64,000 bases of DNA, taken from Arenicellales bacterium. GTDB lineage: Bacteria > Pseudomonadota > Gammaproteobacteria > Arenicellales > JAJDZL01. The notes beneath the pieces were generated by a model. It ran no database searches. It was not told the DNA's origin and worked only from the letters and a program-made list of their open reading frames with translations. The position numbers were made by a program, and so were the translations under genes. Every line of letters starts with the position of its first letter. Position 1 is the first letter of the stretch. The stretch spans positions 71,433-135,432 of the forward strand of contig CBDCPT010000004.1 in assembly GCA_965220395.1 (NCBI GenBank), given 5' to 3'. Shown here piece by piece: positions 29,945 through 38,787 of this stretch.

Positions 29945-31120
29945 ATGATATATTCAAGACATGCCAGTAAAGAAGTTGAAGCCGCGCTACAACGCCAGGC
30001 GGCTGTAGCCTTGATCGGTCCACGTCAGGCGGGCAAGACAACTCTCGCCTTGAAAATAGGCCAATCTCATGACGCGATATATCTTGACCTTGAGGACATG
30101 AATGATCGGACCCGACTTGCAGACCCAGCTCTATTTCTTGACAATGTAGAAGATCAACTGGTGATTCTGGACGAAATTCAAAGAATGCCTGAACTTTTCC
30201 CCTCACTACGCGGCATTATTGACAGAGGGCGACGGCACAATAAAGGAAAGGGGAGATTTCTCATTTTGAGTTCTGCGTCGATTGACCTAATGAAAAAGTC
30301 GGGTGAATCTCTGGCTGGAAGAATTGCATACATATCACTAATGCCTCTTTCAGCACTTGAAGTAGAAGATCTGCACAAATCTCGAGAACAACTCTGGCTT
30401 CGTGGCGGTTTTCCTGACAGCTATCTGGCAGGCAACGATAAGGAGAGTTATTTGTTGAGAAAAGACTTCATTCGTACCTATCTGGAGCGTGATGTTGCAC
30501 TATTCGGGCCTCGTATTCCGGCTGTAGTGCTGGAGCGTCTGTGGACAATGCTTGCACACCGTCAGGGAACGATATTAAACGCTTCGGAACTCGGTCGTTC
30601 CCTTGAAATCAGCACGCAGACCGTTTCACGTTACATTGATCTTCTCGCAGATTTGTTGTTGGTTCGACGGCTACAGCCATATCATGCCAATGTGGGAAAG
30701 CGCTTGGTGAAATCCCCCAAGATTTATGTACGAGATTCCGGACTTGTCCACGCACTTCTGGGAATTTCATCGTTCACGCAATTGTGCGGACACCCGGTAG
30801 TTGGCAGAAGCTGGGAAGGATGGGTAATTGAGACGCTGCTTTCGGTTCTGCCGTGGCGAGCATCTGCATTCTACTATCGGACGCGCGCAGGCGCGGAGAT
30901 TGATCTGCTCATTGAGCACGGCGATGGGGCGGTTTGGGCTGTCGAAATCAAACGATCGTCATCCGCGAGAGTGAAACGGGGTTTTCATGTTGCCTGCGAG
31001 GACATCAAGCCGGTACGTCGTTTGGTCATACACGCCGGAGATGATACTTATCCTATGTCCAAAAATATTCAAGCAACCAGCGTCCGTAGGCTTGCCGAGG
31101 AACTCAACGGCATTCAGTAA
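29945..31120 (+). CDS. AAA+ ATPase with DUF4143-type C-terminal domain
   Basis: 391 aa. Walker A is GPRQAGKTT and Walker B is LVILDEIQ. The C-terminal half is typical of the AAA_14/DUF4143 family. Confidence 0.8.
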   Translation: MIYSRHASKEVEAALQRQAAVALIGPRQAGKTTLALKIGQSHDAIYLDLEDMNDRTRLADPALFLDNVEDQLVILDEIQRMPELFPSLRGIIDRGRRHNKGKGRFLILSSASIDLMKKSGESLAGRIAYISLMPLSALEVEDLHKSREQLWLRGGFPDSYLAGNDKESYLLRKDFIRTYLERDVALFGPRIPAVVLERLWTMLAHRQGTILNASELGRSLEISTQTVSRYIDLLADLLLVRRLQPYHANVGKRLVKSPKIYVRDSGLVHALLGISSFTQLCGHPVVGRSWEGWVIETLLSVLPWRASAFYYRTRAGAEIDLLIEHGDGAVWAVEIKRSSSARVKRGFHVACEDIKPVRRLVIHAGDDTYPMSKNIQATSVRRLAEELNGIQ

Positions 31121-31470
31121 GTGTGATGATTCGCGAAGCTCGCGAATTTATCAGGCAGCCTGCTGGACATAAGGAACCGTGTTTTCTCCAATCTGATCTT
31201 GCCTGTTCCTATTCAATCTCCTACGGGAAAACGCGAGACACAACAGTGTTGTTCACATGTATTTCCTCCGTCCATATTCAGTCTTGCCTTCTCATCGTCA
31301 ATATCAGTTCCAGTACGTAGATATCACGTTCCTCTTTCACAACATCGTTCCTTAATATTCAGGACAAATTTACATGTAAGTTTCAGAACCCGATTCAACT
31401 CAGCCGCGATTCGCAGAAGCTACGCAACATATTCATTTGCAAATTTTTGCGCAAAGTGAACAGCAGAAAC

Positions 31471-31639
31471 GGAAAGACCGGTATGAAATATATGCGCCAA
31501 TCACTGTGTAGTAGATTTTCGATGTCTGGACTGCCCAAACGCAGAGTCTGGACACGTACAGTTCTGAAGCCAACTGCCTGAGCGGACGGGCAGTCCCGTT
31601 TCAAGTGCCGCGGTCTATGCTCGAATCACTGTGATACCT
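31471..31639. repeat. Copy 2 of the ~166-bp direct repeat
   Basis: See copy 1. It has the same orientation and lies between the two convergent DUF4143 ATPase genes. Confidence 0.8.
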
Positions 31640-31941
31640 GCGGGCAGGTCAATGTTCAGCAGTTCCAAATTATTTTCTGTAGCGGCGTGGGTTGCGCAGT
31701 AGTTCTGAACCGACCCTCCAGAAGCTTGGGCAACTTCACTTCGTGAAGGCATAAGGTGCCGAGAGCGGCAAGCAAAGTGGTCATGCTATGGTAGCTATAG
31801 GCATCCGTTTCTGGGCGGACTTTAAGGGGTCGATTCAATAAGAAAGGATTGGAGAATTGGCAATCGGAAAATCCCTGAAAGTTAGGGGTTTTCAACAGGG
31901 AAATAGCATATATGGGCTATTCTCCAATTTTAAAAATTGGT

Positions 31942-33117
31942 TTATTCACCCGATTTGAGAATGTTCAGGAATTCACCCAAACCGACAACCTCAATATTTT
32001 GGGTAATCCAATAACGACCCTTGTCAAATACAACAACAAATGCTCTATCTGGCTTCACATCTTTACAAGCGATGTGAAATCCTTTACGCACTCTTGGGGA
32101 CCTGCTGCGTTTGATTTCCAGCGCCCAAACCCTATTATCCCCAGGCATCTCAAGTATCAGGTCTATTTCCGCACCAGCAGCGGTTCTGTAGAAACTCGAT
32201 TGAGTGTTTTCAGGCAATGATCCGAGAATGTTTTCGATAACGTGTCCTTCCCAACTTGCCCCCGAAATTGGATGTCCTGCCAGCTGGTTATAGTCTTCTA
32301 TATTGAGTAGCGCATGGAGCAGACCACTGTCCCGAATGTAAGTCTTTGGTGACTTTACCAAACGTTTCTTGACATTGGTGTGAAATGGACGCAATCTTCG
32401 AATCAAAAGAAGATCAACAAACAGATCAATGTAGCGATATACGCTTGCAGTACTGACGGACAAAGCGGAAGCGAGTCTGGAAATATTCAGCAACTGTCCC
32501 TGACTGTGAGCCAGCATAGTCCAAAGTCGTTCAAGGGTTTCCGCCGGAAATCGAAAACCGAACTGTTGAACATCACGTTCAAGATATGCTTGAATCAAAT
32601 TCCAACGATACGCAAAACTGTCTAAATCGGATGATGCCAGGAAACTGTCTGGAAATCCGCCTCTTGTCCACAACTGAACTGCATCCCTAGAACTGCCAGC
32701 AACTTCATTCACGTTGAACGGGTTCAGGTTTATATACTCAATGCGCCCAGCGAGGCTTTCTGCGGACTGCCTAAGTAAATCGATGGAAGCTGATCCAAGA
32801 ATCAAGAATCTTCCGGTTCGTCTTCCATCGCGTCGGCCTCGATCAATAATCCCTCGCAGTTCCTGAAAAATTTCCGGCATCCGGTGAATCTCGTCCAGAA
32901 TGACCAGATGATCTTCATATTGGCCAAGATAGATTTCGGGGTCGGAAAGTTTACTGCGGTCTCTTCGAGTCTCAAGATCAAGGTAAACAGCGTCCAATTC
33001 ATCTGATAGGCTGAACGCCAATGTAGTTTTGCCCACTTGTCTCGGGCCAAGCAATCCGACTGCAGCCTGTCTATTAAGAGCATTAAGGACATCGTGATAA
33101 GCATACCGCGGAATCAT
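31942..33117 (-). CDS. AAA+ ATPase with DUF4143-type C-terminal domain (paralogue)
   Basis: 391 aa, the same length as 29945-31120 and colinear with it. Walker A is GPRQVGKTT and Walker B is LVILDEIH. Confidence 0.8.
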   Translation of the reverse strand: MIPRYAYHDVLNALNRQAAVGLLGPRQVGKTTLAFSLSDELDAVYLDLETRRDRSKLSDPEIYLGQYEDHLVILDEIHRMPEIFQELRGIIDRGRRDGRRTGRFLILGSASIDLLRQSAESLAGRIEYINLNPFNVNEVAGSSRDAVQLWTRGGFPDSFLASSDLDSFAYRWNLIQAYLERDVQQFGFRFPAETLERLWTMLAHSQGQLLNISRLASALSVSTASVYRYIDLFVDLLLIRRLRPFHTNVKKRLVKSPKTYIRDSGLLHALLNIEDYNQLAGHPISGASWEGHVIENILGSLPENTQSSFYRTAAGAEIDLILEMPGDNRVWALEIKRSRSPRVRKGFHIACKDVKPDRAFVVVFDKGRYWITQNIEVVGLGEFLNILKSGE

Positions 33118-33175
33118 TATCTATACACCTTTCGTTATAATATTATCCTTGCATATTAAATATTATATGTTTGTT

Positions 33176-33840
33176 TTACTTCGTTGGAATAATCCAAATC
33201 AGTTCATTCGTTTGAACAGCACAGATGTCATCAAGATACACATAGAACTGCGAAAGAATCTGAGGGGTCATTGCGTCTGTAGTATAGCGATCACTGAATC
33301 GATTCAATGCGATCTGAGCGCGTTGACAGGCATCTACTGGTTTTCGATTGCGTACATGATTCCATAAGACAGCGCAACATTGCTGCCCGTCTCTACAAGG
33401 AAAGCAGTCGAATCATCCAGCGATGCAAGTGGACCGGCGGCTTTCGTCGCAACAATCAAGCTACCGGATGCCATCGCTTTAAGCAAGACGTTTCCGAATG
33501 GTTCAGATAGCGACGAAAGCACAAAAAGATCGTCCTGCTTCAACAGATCCGGCACATCACTACGGCTATCAAGAAACCGAACGGCTTACGCCAAGCCTAG
33601 TTGGTCTTGAGTGTTGATGAATTTGTTCAGTTCGGGGCCATCTCCTGCAATTTCGAGCTGGATATCGCGGTTGCTCATGCGCAGTTTATGTATCGTATTC
33701 AGTAGATGGCTGAATCCCTTCTTGCCCGCCAATCTTCCAGCGGAAAATATGTTTTCAATTCGCGATCTCGGTGAAATGGCGTATGCCAGCTGGACTATGG
33801 AAAAACGTGGAATGACTTCGGAAAGTTCCAAACTAATTTT
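33176..33840 (-). pseudogene. GT4-type (group 1) glycosyltransferase, C-terminal domain only, with at least two frameshifts
   Basis: Three reverse-strand pieces in different frames:
- ...GKKGFSHLLNTIHKLRMSNRDIQLEIAGDGPE...
- ...DLFVLSSLSEPFGNVLLKAMASGSLIVATKAAGP... (the E-x7-E region)
- a tail ...RFSDRYTTDAMTPQILSQFYVYL...*

The N-terminal domain is missing. Confidence 0.6.
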
Positions 33841-33937
33841 CTGAATGAAAGCGAATTCTAATTTCCACTAAAATGTGTGAATTGACTCGGGAACTTGCAA
33901 ATCCAGCGTAATGCGATAGATTCGACAGGAGAGCTAA

Positions 33938-34399
33938 ATGGACATTTTTACCAGAATTTCACAACCCGTTCTGACTGCAATAGGTTTGCTGATGATCGCC
34001 ACTCAAGCCTTCGCTGCAGAACCACCCGTATTTACTGGCAGAGGAGAGTTTGCAATCAACGGGTATGATGCTGTCGCTTATCACAAAGAACAGAAACCCG
34101 TCAAAGGTGATAGCAGCTATACCGTGCAATGGAACGGAGCCGATTGGCGTTTCGCCAGTAACGAAAACCGCAACCTATTCGAGTCCGACCCAGAAAGATG
34201 GGCGCCGCGCTATGGGGGATATTGTGCATGGGCAGTATCCAACAACTACACTGCTAAGACTGACCCTGATGCATGGTCCATCGTGGATGATCGACTCTAT
34301 CTGAACTTCAGTCGAAGCGTACGCAGGACATGGAGCAAAGACATCCCCGGAAACATTGAGCGGGCCGATGCGAATTGGCCTGAAGTACTTAAAAAGTAG
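33938..34399 (+). CDS. YHS-domain-containing periplasmic protein, paralogue 2
   Basis: 153 aa with a signal peptide and YDAVAYH...W.FASNENRNLFESDPERWAPRYGGYCAWAV. Confidence 0.6.
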   Translation: MDIFTRISQPVLTAIGLLMIATQAFAAEPPVFTGRGEFAINGYDAVAYHKEQKPVKGDSSYTVQWNGADWRFASNENRNLFESDPERWAPRYGGYCAWAVSNNYTAKTDPDAWSIVDDRLYLNFSRSVRRTWSKDIPGNIERADANWPEVLKK

Positions 34400-34420
34400 T
34401 CGATTCCGCAACCGTCAATG

Positions 34421-34444
34421 CCGGGAATGCAATCGCATTCGCGG
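34421..34444. terminator. Candidate bidirectional hairpin between convergent genes
   Basis: The sequence ccgggaatgc-aatc-gcattcgcgg forms a 10-bp stem with one mismatch. It sits between the stop codons at 34399 (+) and 34478 (-). There is no U-tract, so function is uncertain. Confidence 0.25.
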
Positions 34445-34477
34445 CATTGGACATACTCTTGAAAGAATTCAGCTCCA

Positions 34478-35107
34478 TTAGTGTTCTCGACCGGGAATGT
34501 TCTCTATCACCTCAAGTACATGACTCAGTGCCTTTTGGGTATTTTCCTCATCGCCCGAAATAAAGACCCTTCCCGAAACACCGAACATTTGACAGTCGAC
34601 TAGAACATTTTCCGGAACGGCTTTTTCTGCTTCATTCGCTGCTGCTGCCGCGAACAGTGCCGGCGCAGTCTCGAGCAGTAAGAGCGACTCGCCGGGCAGA
34701 ATCATAGACGCGTCTCTCTGGCGATTGATAATCACCGAGTGCTGGTCAACAACCTCCGCCACTAAATCTGAATACAGAATGCGTGGTTTCAGACGATCTT
34801 CCGCCTTAAGGCTAAACCCGTCAAGAATCGCATTGCCAGCCTCTTCCAGATCTTCCATTTTTGTACTGTGCAATTCCAGAATGCCAAACTGACGTTCCAC
34901 ATACAGAATCCCCGGTTCAATTCCAGGTACAGACTTCAATGCAAGATCAATGACTCTGTGTATGGCAAGCGCAGGCGATATTTCGATAATGAGCGAATGC
35001 ATGCCCTGCAAAGGTACATAGCCTCTCGCCCGCAATGCAGTTGCCATATAGGCAGCAAATTGCGTCTGAAGACTCTCAATCTGCAGATAGACTCGCAAAT
35101 CAGCCAT
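34478..35107 (-). CDS. BMC shell protein, tandem-domain (BMC-T)
   Basis: 209 aa with two BMC-like halves (...IDLALKSVPGIEPGILYVERQFGILELHS... and ...NEAEKAVPENVLVDCQMFGVSGRVFISGDEENTQKAL). It is paralogous to 36302-36907. Confidence 0.75.
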   Translation of the reverse strand: MADLRVYLQIESLQTQFAAYMATALRARGYVPLQGMHSLIIEISPALAIHRVIDLALKSVPGIEPGILYVERQFGILELHSTKMEDLEEAGNAILDGFSLKAEDRLKPRILYSDLVAEVVDQHSVIINRQRDASMILPGESLLLLETAPALFAAAAANEAEKAVPENVLVDCQMFGVSGRVFISGDEENTQKALSHVLEVIENIPGREH

Positions 35108-35176
35108 AGTCGATTTCCTTCAACTGTAGCAAGTCAGTTTGCACATCATCAGAGAAGTCTAAAGCTGTAAAATTTT

Positions 35177-35458
35177 CTACTTATCAGCAGCTACATCAAA
35201 TTTTTTAACAACATCCGCATGTGGACGAGGAATTACGTGTACGGAAATCACTTCCCCCACAGAACCGGCAGCTTCAGATCCAGCTTCAGTTGCCGCCTTC
35301 ACAGCACCAACATCGCCTCTCACCAGCACTGATACCAGTCCGGCACCAACCTGTTCACGAGTAATAATTTCAACATTGGCAGCTTTCACCATAGCATCTG
35401 CAGCAGTGAACGCGGCAACGTAGCCTCGAGTTTCAATAAATCCAATTGCATTTGACAT
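35177..35458 (-). CDS. BMC-H hexameric shell protein (PduA/EutM-like)
   Basis: 93 aa with the canonical [28 protein letters not shown]...[13 protein letters not shown]. Confidence 0.9.
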
Positions 35459-35491
35459 GATTTTCTCCTGATAATTAATTTGACAGTTAAA

Positions 35492-35758
35492 TTAGTTGCC
35501 GCTGTCTGAGGTATCGTCAACAATTCCGATGACCAAAGCATCAATAACGGCATTTCCAGACTTGAACCACCCCTTCGCTACAGAACCTTGAGTAACGAGA
35601 ACACGTTCTCCCGAACCTGCTCCAAGTGGGTCAAAGGCCAGAATTCTTTCTGGATTCTCGCCGTTGTCAATCAGATCAATCTCCAACAGCGCTCCGTTCG
35701 GCAACTCATCCAGTTTGCGAGTCGCCCAAATTTTTCCGATTACAGTTCCAACTTTCAT
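35492..35758 (-). CDS. BMC-P pentameric vertex protein (EutN/CcmL family)
   Basis: 88 aa: MKVGTVIGKIWATRK...LLEIDLID...AFDPLGAGSGERVLVTQGS. Confidence 0.9.
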   Translation of the reverse strand: MKVGTVIGKIWATRKLDELPNGALLEIDLIDNGENPERILAFDPLGAGSGERVLVTQGSVAKGWFKSGNAVIDALVIGIVDDTSDSGN

Positions 35759-35764
35759 GACTAT

Positions 35765-36295
35765 CTACTGCCTCACTATTTTTAGTCCGACTTTGCGCGC
35801 TCGATCTTTGGCTAGCGGAGTCAAGACGACTTTACTGCCTATTTCAATGCACTGATTCGTTTTTGCCAGCGCCAATACTTTCGATTCAGTCAGCACTCCA
35901 GAGTCCAAGCATCCATTGCTCTGTCCGTCATCGGTATTTTGACTCTGATGACTGCTCTTGTGCGAGTTTACATGAAGATTTTGACCTCTTTGCTTTTCGG
36001 AATTCTTTACTTCGAATTTCAGTCGATTAGAAAGAATCAGTGCTTCGACATCTTGGTCATGAAGGCACTTGGCAAAATTCTTTAAGAATTCGTTAAACTT
36101 GCGGTCCGTTGCCACATCTACGACTATGCCCGATTTACAGTTTGTCGCAATGGTTTCGAGAATTTGCTTCATCAGCGGGCAATTCGGCACTTGTTTTTGG
36201 GGATGCCTACCATTTTTTTCGCTTGGAAGCGCTTCACGTAGAGCCTCTCGTACGACCGCGCGAATCTGGTCACTGGAATAAGTATTGCTGCTCAT
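35765..36295 (-). CDS. BMC-operon protein of unknown function with an encapsulation-peptide-like N-terminus
   Basis: 176 aa, 6 nt from each neighbouring shell gene. It has an N-terminal amphipathic segment (SDQIRAVVREALREAL), a mid S/Q/N/H-rich linker, and the C-terminal segment VLTESKVLALAKTNQCIEIGSKVVLTPLAKDRARKVGLKI. Confidence 0.55.
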   Translation of the reverse strand: MSSNTYSSDQIRAVVREALREALPSEKNGRHPQKQVPNCPLMKQILETIATNCKSGIVVDVATDRKFNEFLKNFAKCLHDQDVEALILSNRLKFEVKNSEKQRGQNLHVNSHKSSHQSQNTDDGQSNGCLDSGVLTESKVLALAKTNQCIEIGSKVVLTPLAKDRARKVGLKIVRQ

Positions 36296-36301
36296 TTATC
36301 T

Positions 36302-36907
36302 CTACATCCTTGCTTCCAATGCTTCTTCCGCTGCTCGAGCTGCGGAACGTACATCGCTCTCCGAGCCGCTCAGATAGACCCGACCCGTTGCGCCGATCAT
36401 TCGATAGTCAACGACCTTAACATCCGCCGCTTTCTCCGCTTCATTCGTAGCCAATATGCTGTATGAGGCAGGTTGCATCTCAAGGACAAAAAGCGACTCG
36501 CCAGGCAGTGCCATAGAGCCAAGTTTGTTTCGATTGATCAAGAATGCATGGTAGTCATCGACTCGCTTTACGATGGTTGACGCAAGAATTTCGGGCGGTA
36601 AGGCATCACTAGCATTTGCATTGAGAGTCTCCATTACCGCCTCTCCCCCTGCGACAACGTCGGCGGTTGAATGCGAGTGGAATTCCAGATAGCCGAATTG
36701 ACGTTCTACCACCAAAATTCCAGGCTTTACATTGACACTCTTCAATGCGATATCCGTTATTCCTTCAATGTGCAGCCCTGGAACAACTTCTATAACCATT
36801 GCCGCCATGTTGGTTTTCGGTAGGTATCCACGAATCCAACTTCCTAGATAGCACATGGTTTTAGGCTGAAGTTGATCTATGAAAATGTAGGAACGAATGT
36901 CAGCCAT
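36302..36907 (-). CDS. BMC shell protein, tandem-domain (BMC-T), paralogue
   Basis: 201 aa with two BMC-like halves (...TDIALKSVNVKPGILVVERQFGYLEFHS... and ...NEAEKAADVKVVDYRMIGATGRVYLSGSESDVRSAA). Its ATG overlaps the AldDH stop codon by 1 nt (TAATG). Confidence 0.75.
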   Translation of the reverse strand: MADIRSYIFIDQLQPKTMCYLGSWIRGYLPKTNMAAMVIEVVPGLHIEGITDIALKSVNVKPGILVVERQFGYLEFHSHSTADVVAGGEAVMETLNANASDALPPEILASTIVKRVDDYHAFLINRNKLGSMALPGESLFVLEMQPASYSILATNEAEKAADVKVVDYRMIGATGRVYLSGSESDVRSAARAAEEALEARM

Positions 36908-38571
36908 TAGTGTCGTGACTCACTCACAAGTTGTAACGATCTGATCTCTTCAAGAATGATGCGGTGAATTTCATCTCGCAAGTCTCGCCCAATGGCTCCA
37001 TCACCGTTTTCGGAATTCGAATATCCTGATGAATCGTTAGATTCAAATCCACTGGAAAATGAGTAGTCGATAGGCCCGTCACCCCGACCATAGGGTCGTA
37101 CTGCAGGTAATACGAAGTTGTCGAACTCTCTCATGTCGACAGTTTCATCCTTGCTATAAGCGACCTTTGACCACTGCACCAGGTGTTGCGGTCCGACGTT
37201 CTCTCCGACTGAGCTTCTACCGAAAAATCCGGTACCGACAGTCATCGTGGGAGCTAGATTCGTATCAAATCCCGAAGCGCCGGTACTGCACGGTGCATTC
37301 ACTGGAGTTCTCAGAACGTTGAGATGAGCCCCGAATTCAAGAATCACTTTCTGATCCTTGCAGTGAATGGCTGCTGAATGCCCGCTTCCCATTCGACGAA
37401 CCATTGCGCTGCACGCTTTGAACGCTGCATCTCGATTGGAAACCGTGTAAAAACCCAAAACCGGACAGAGCTTTTCTCGGCTCAATACATAATCATCACC
37501 AATTCGTTCGAGAGGAGTCACTAGAACTCTAGTTTTGGCGGGGACTCGAATTCTAGCCCGTTCCGCAATCCATTCAGCAGACTGGCCGATGACAGCTGTA
37601 TCAAATTCACCTTCCGGAAACAGCACATCTGCCAAGCGATCACGCTCCTCATCACTGCACAGATAACATCCATTTTTTTGTAACGCCACAATCAGTGCGT
37701 CGTTGATTGATTTATGGGCAATTACGGCGGATTCATTGGTACACAAAACACTGTTGTCGAACGCCTTGCTGTCCGAAATGCACTTTGCAGCATGTTCAAT
37801 ATCGGCGGATTCATCGACAAATGCTGGACAATTGCCCGGACCGACGCCGAGTGCAGGATTGCCTGAACTGTACGCAGCCCGAACCATTGGAGAACCACCT
37901 GTGGCGAGTATCACATCAACTCGTTCAGAACTCATTATCGCGTGGATGACTTCCAAAGTTGGATTCTCAATGACTTGAACAACTCCATCAGGTGCACCCG
38001 CTTTCTCAACAGCCTCGGCGAGCTTAAGTGCGGCATCTGTGCAGCACTCTTTCGCTGCCGGGTGCGGACTAATTACAATCGAATTTCGAGTCATCAATGC
38101 AAGTAATACCTTGAAGAAAACCGAGCAAACCGGATTGGTAGAAGGAGTCAATGCAAAAACAACTCCTGCAGGACGAGGAATTTCGACTACCTGTCGTTGG
38201 TGGTCAACTCGGTGGCTGGTAAAATTCTGATCCTTGTAATACTCGAAAATCCCCTCACTGCACATCCGATTCTTGATTTCCTTGTGATCGGCATTGCCGA
38301 ACCCAGTTTCAGCTACTGCCCAGTCTGCATACTTTCGAGCAGTCGCCTCACCCAGATCAGCAGCCGCTTTAGCAATTCGTAGAACATCTTCACGAGCGTA
38401 GTTCGAAAAGACGCTTCCTGCCCATTGAGCGCGATCGATTACCCGATTCGCTTGAAATACTGGTGTTGGATGTGAGTAAGTTGTCATTTGGCTAAAATTC
38501 AGCTGTCTCCGTACGGCACTTCGCCTTGTAGAACAAATTCTATTTGCTGCCAAATGATTGATTCTTGACAA
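36907..38571 (-). CDS. CoA-acylating aldehyde dehydrogenase (PduP/EutE-like BMC signature enzyme) with a C-terminal encapsulation-peptide-like helix
   Basis: It has an ALDH fold with the catalytic Cys in [13 protein letters not shown]. The C-terminal low-complexity linker ([20 protein letters not shown]) is followed by the amphipathic [19 protein letters not shown]. The likely true start is ATG 38487 (MTTYSHPT), not the track start 38571. Confidence 0.85.
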
Positions 38572-38787
38572 TCCAACTCAGTCTTTTGACTTCAGAGCAC
38601 TGCTTGTCTCAGATTGGATAGAACCGATATTCAGCCAACTTGACCCCCTGACGGAGTTCATACAACTGCGAATCAACCTAATTCGCAGCAAGAATTATGT
38701 AGAAACTGAAATTACCAGGTATTTACTGAAAGGATTAGCGGCTGTCTCATGACTGTCAGAGGCAACGAATAGCCCCTTGAATCGTCA

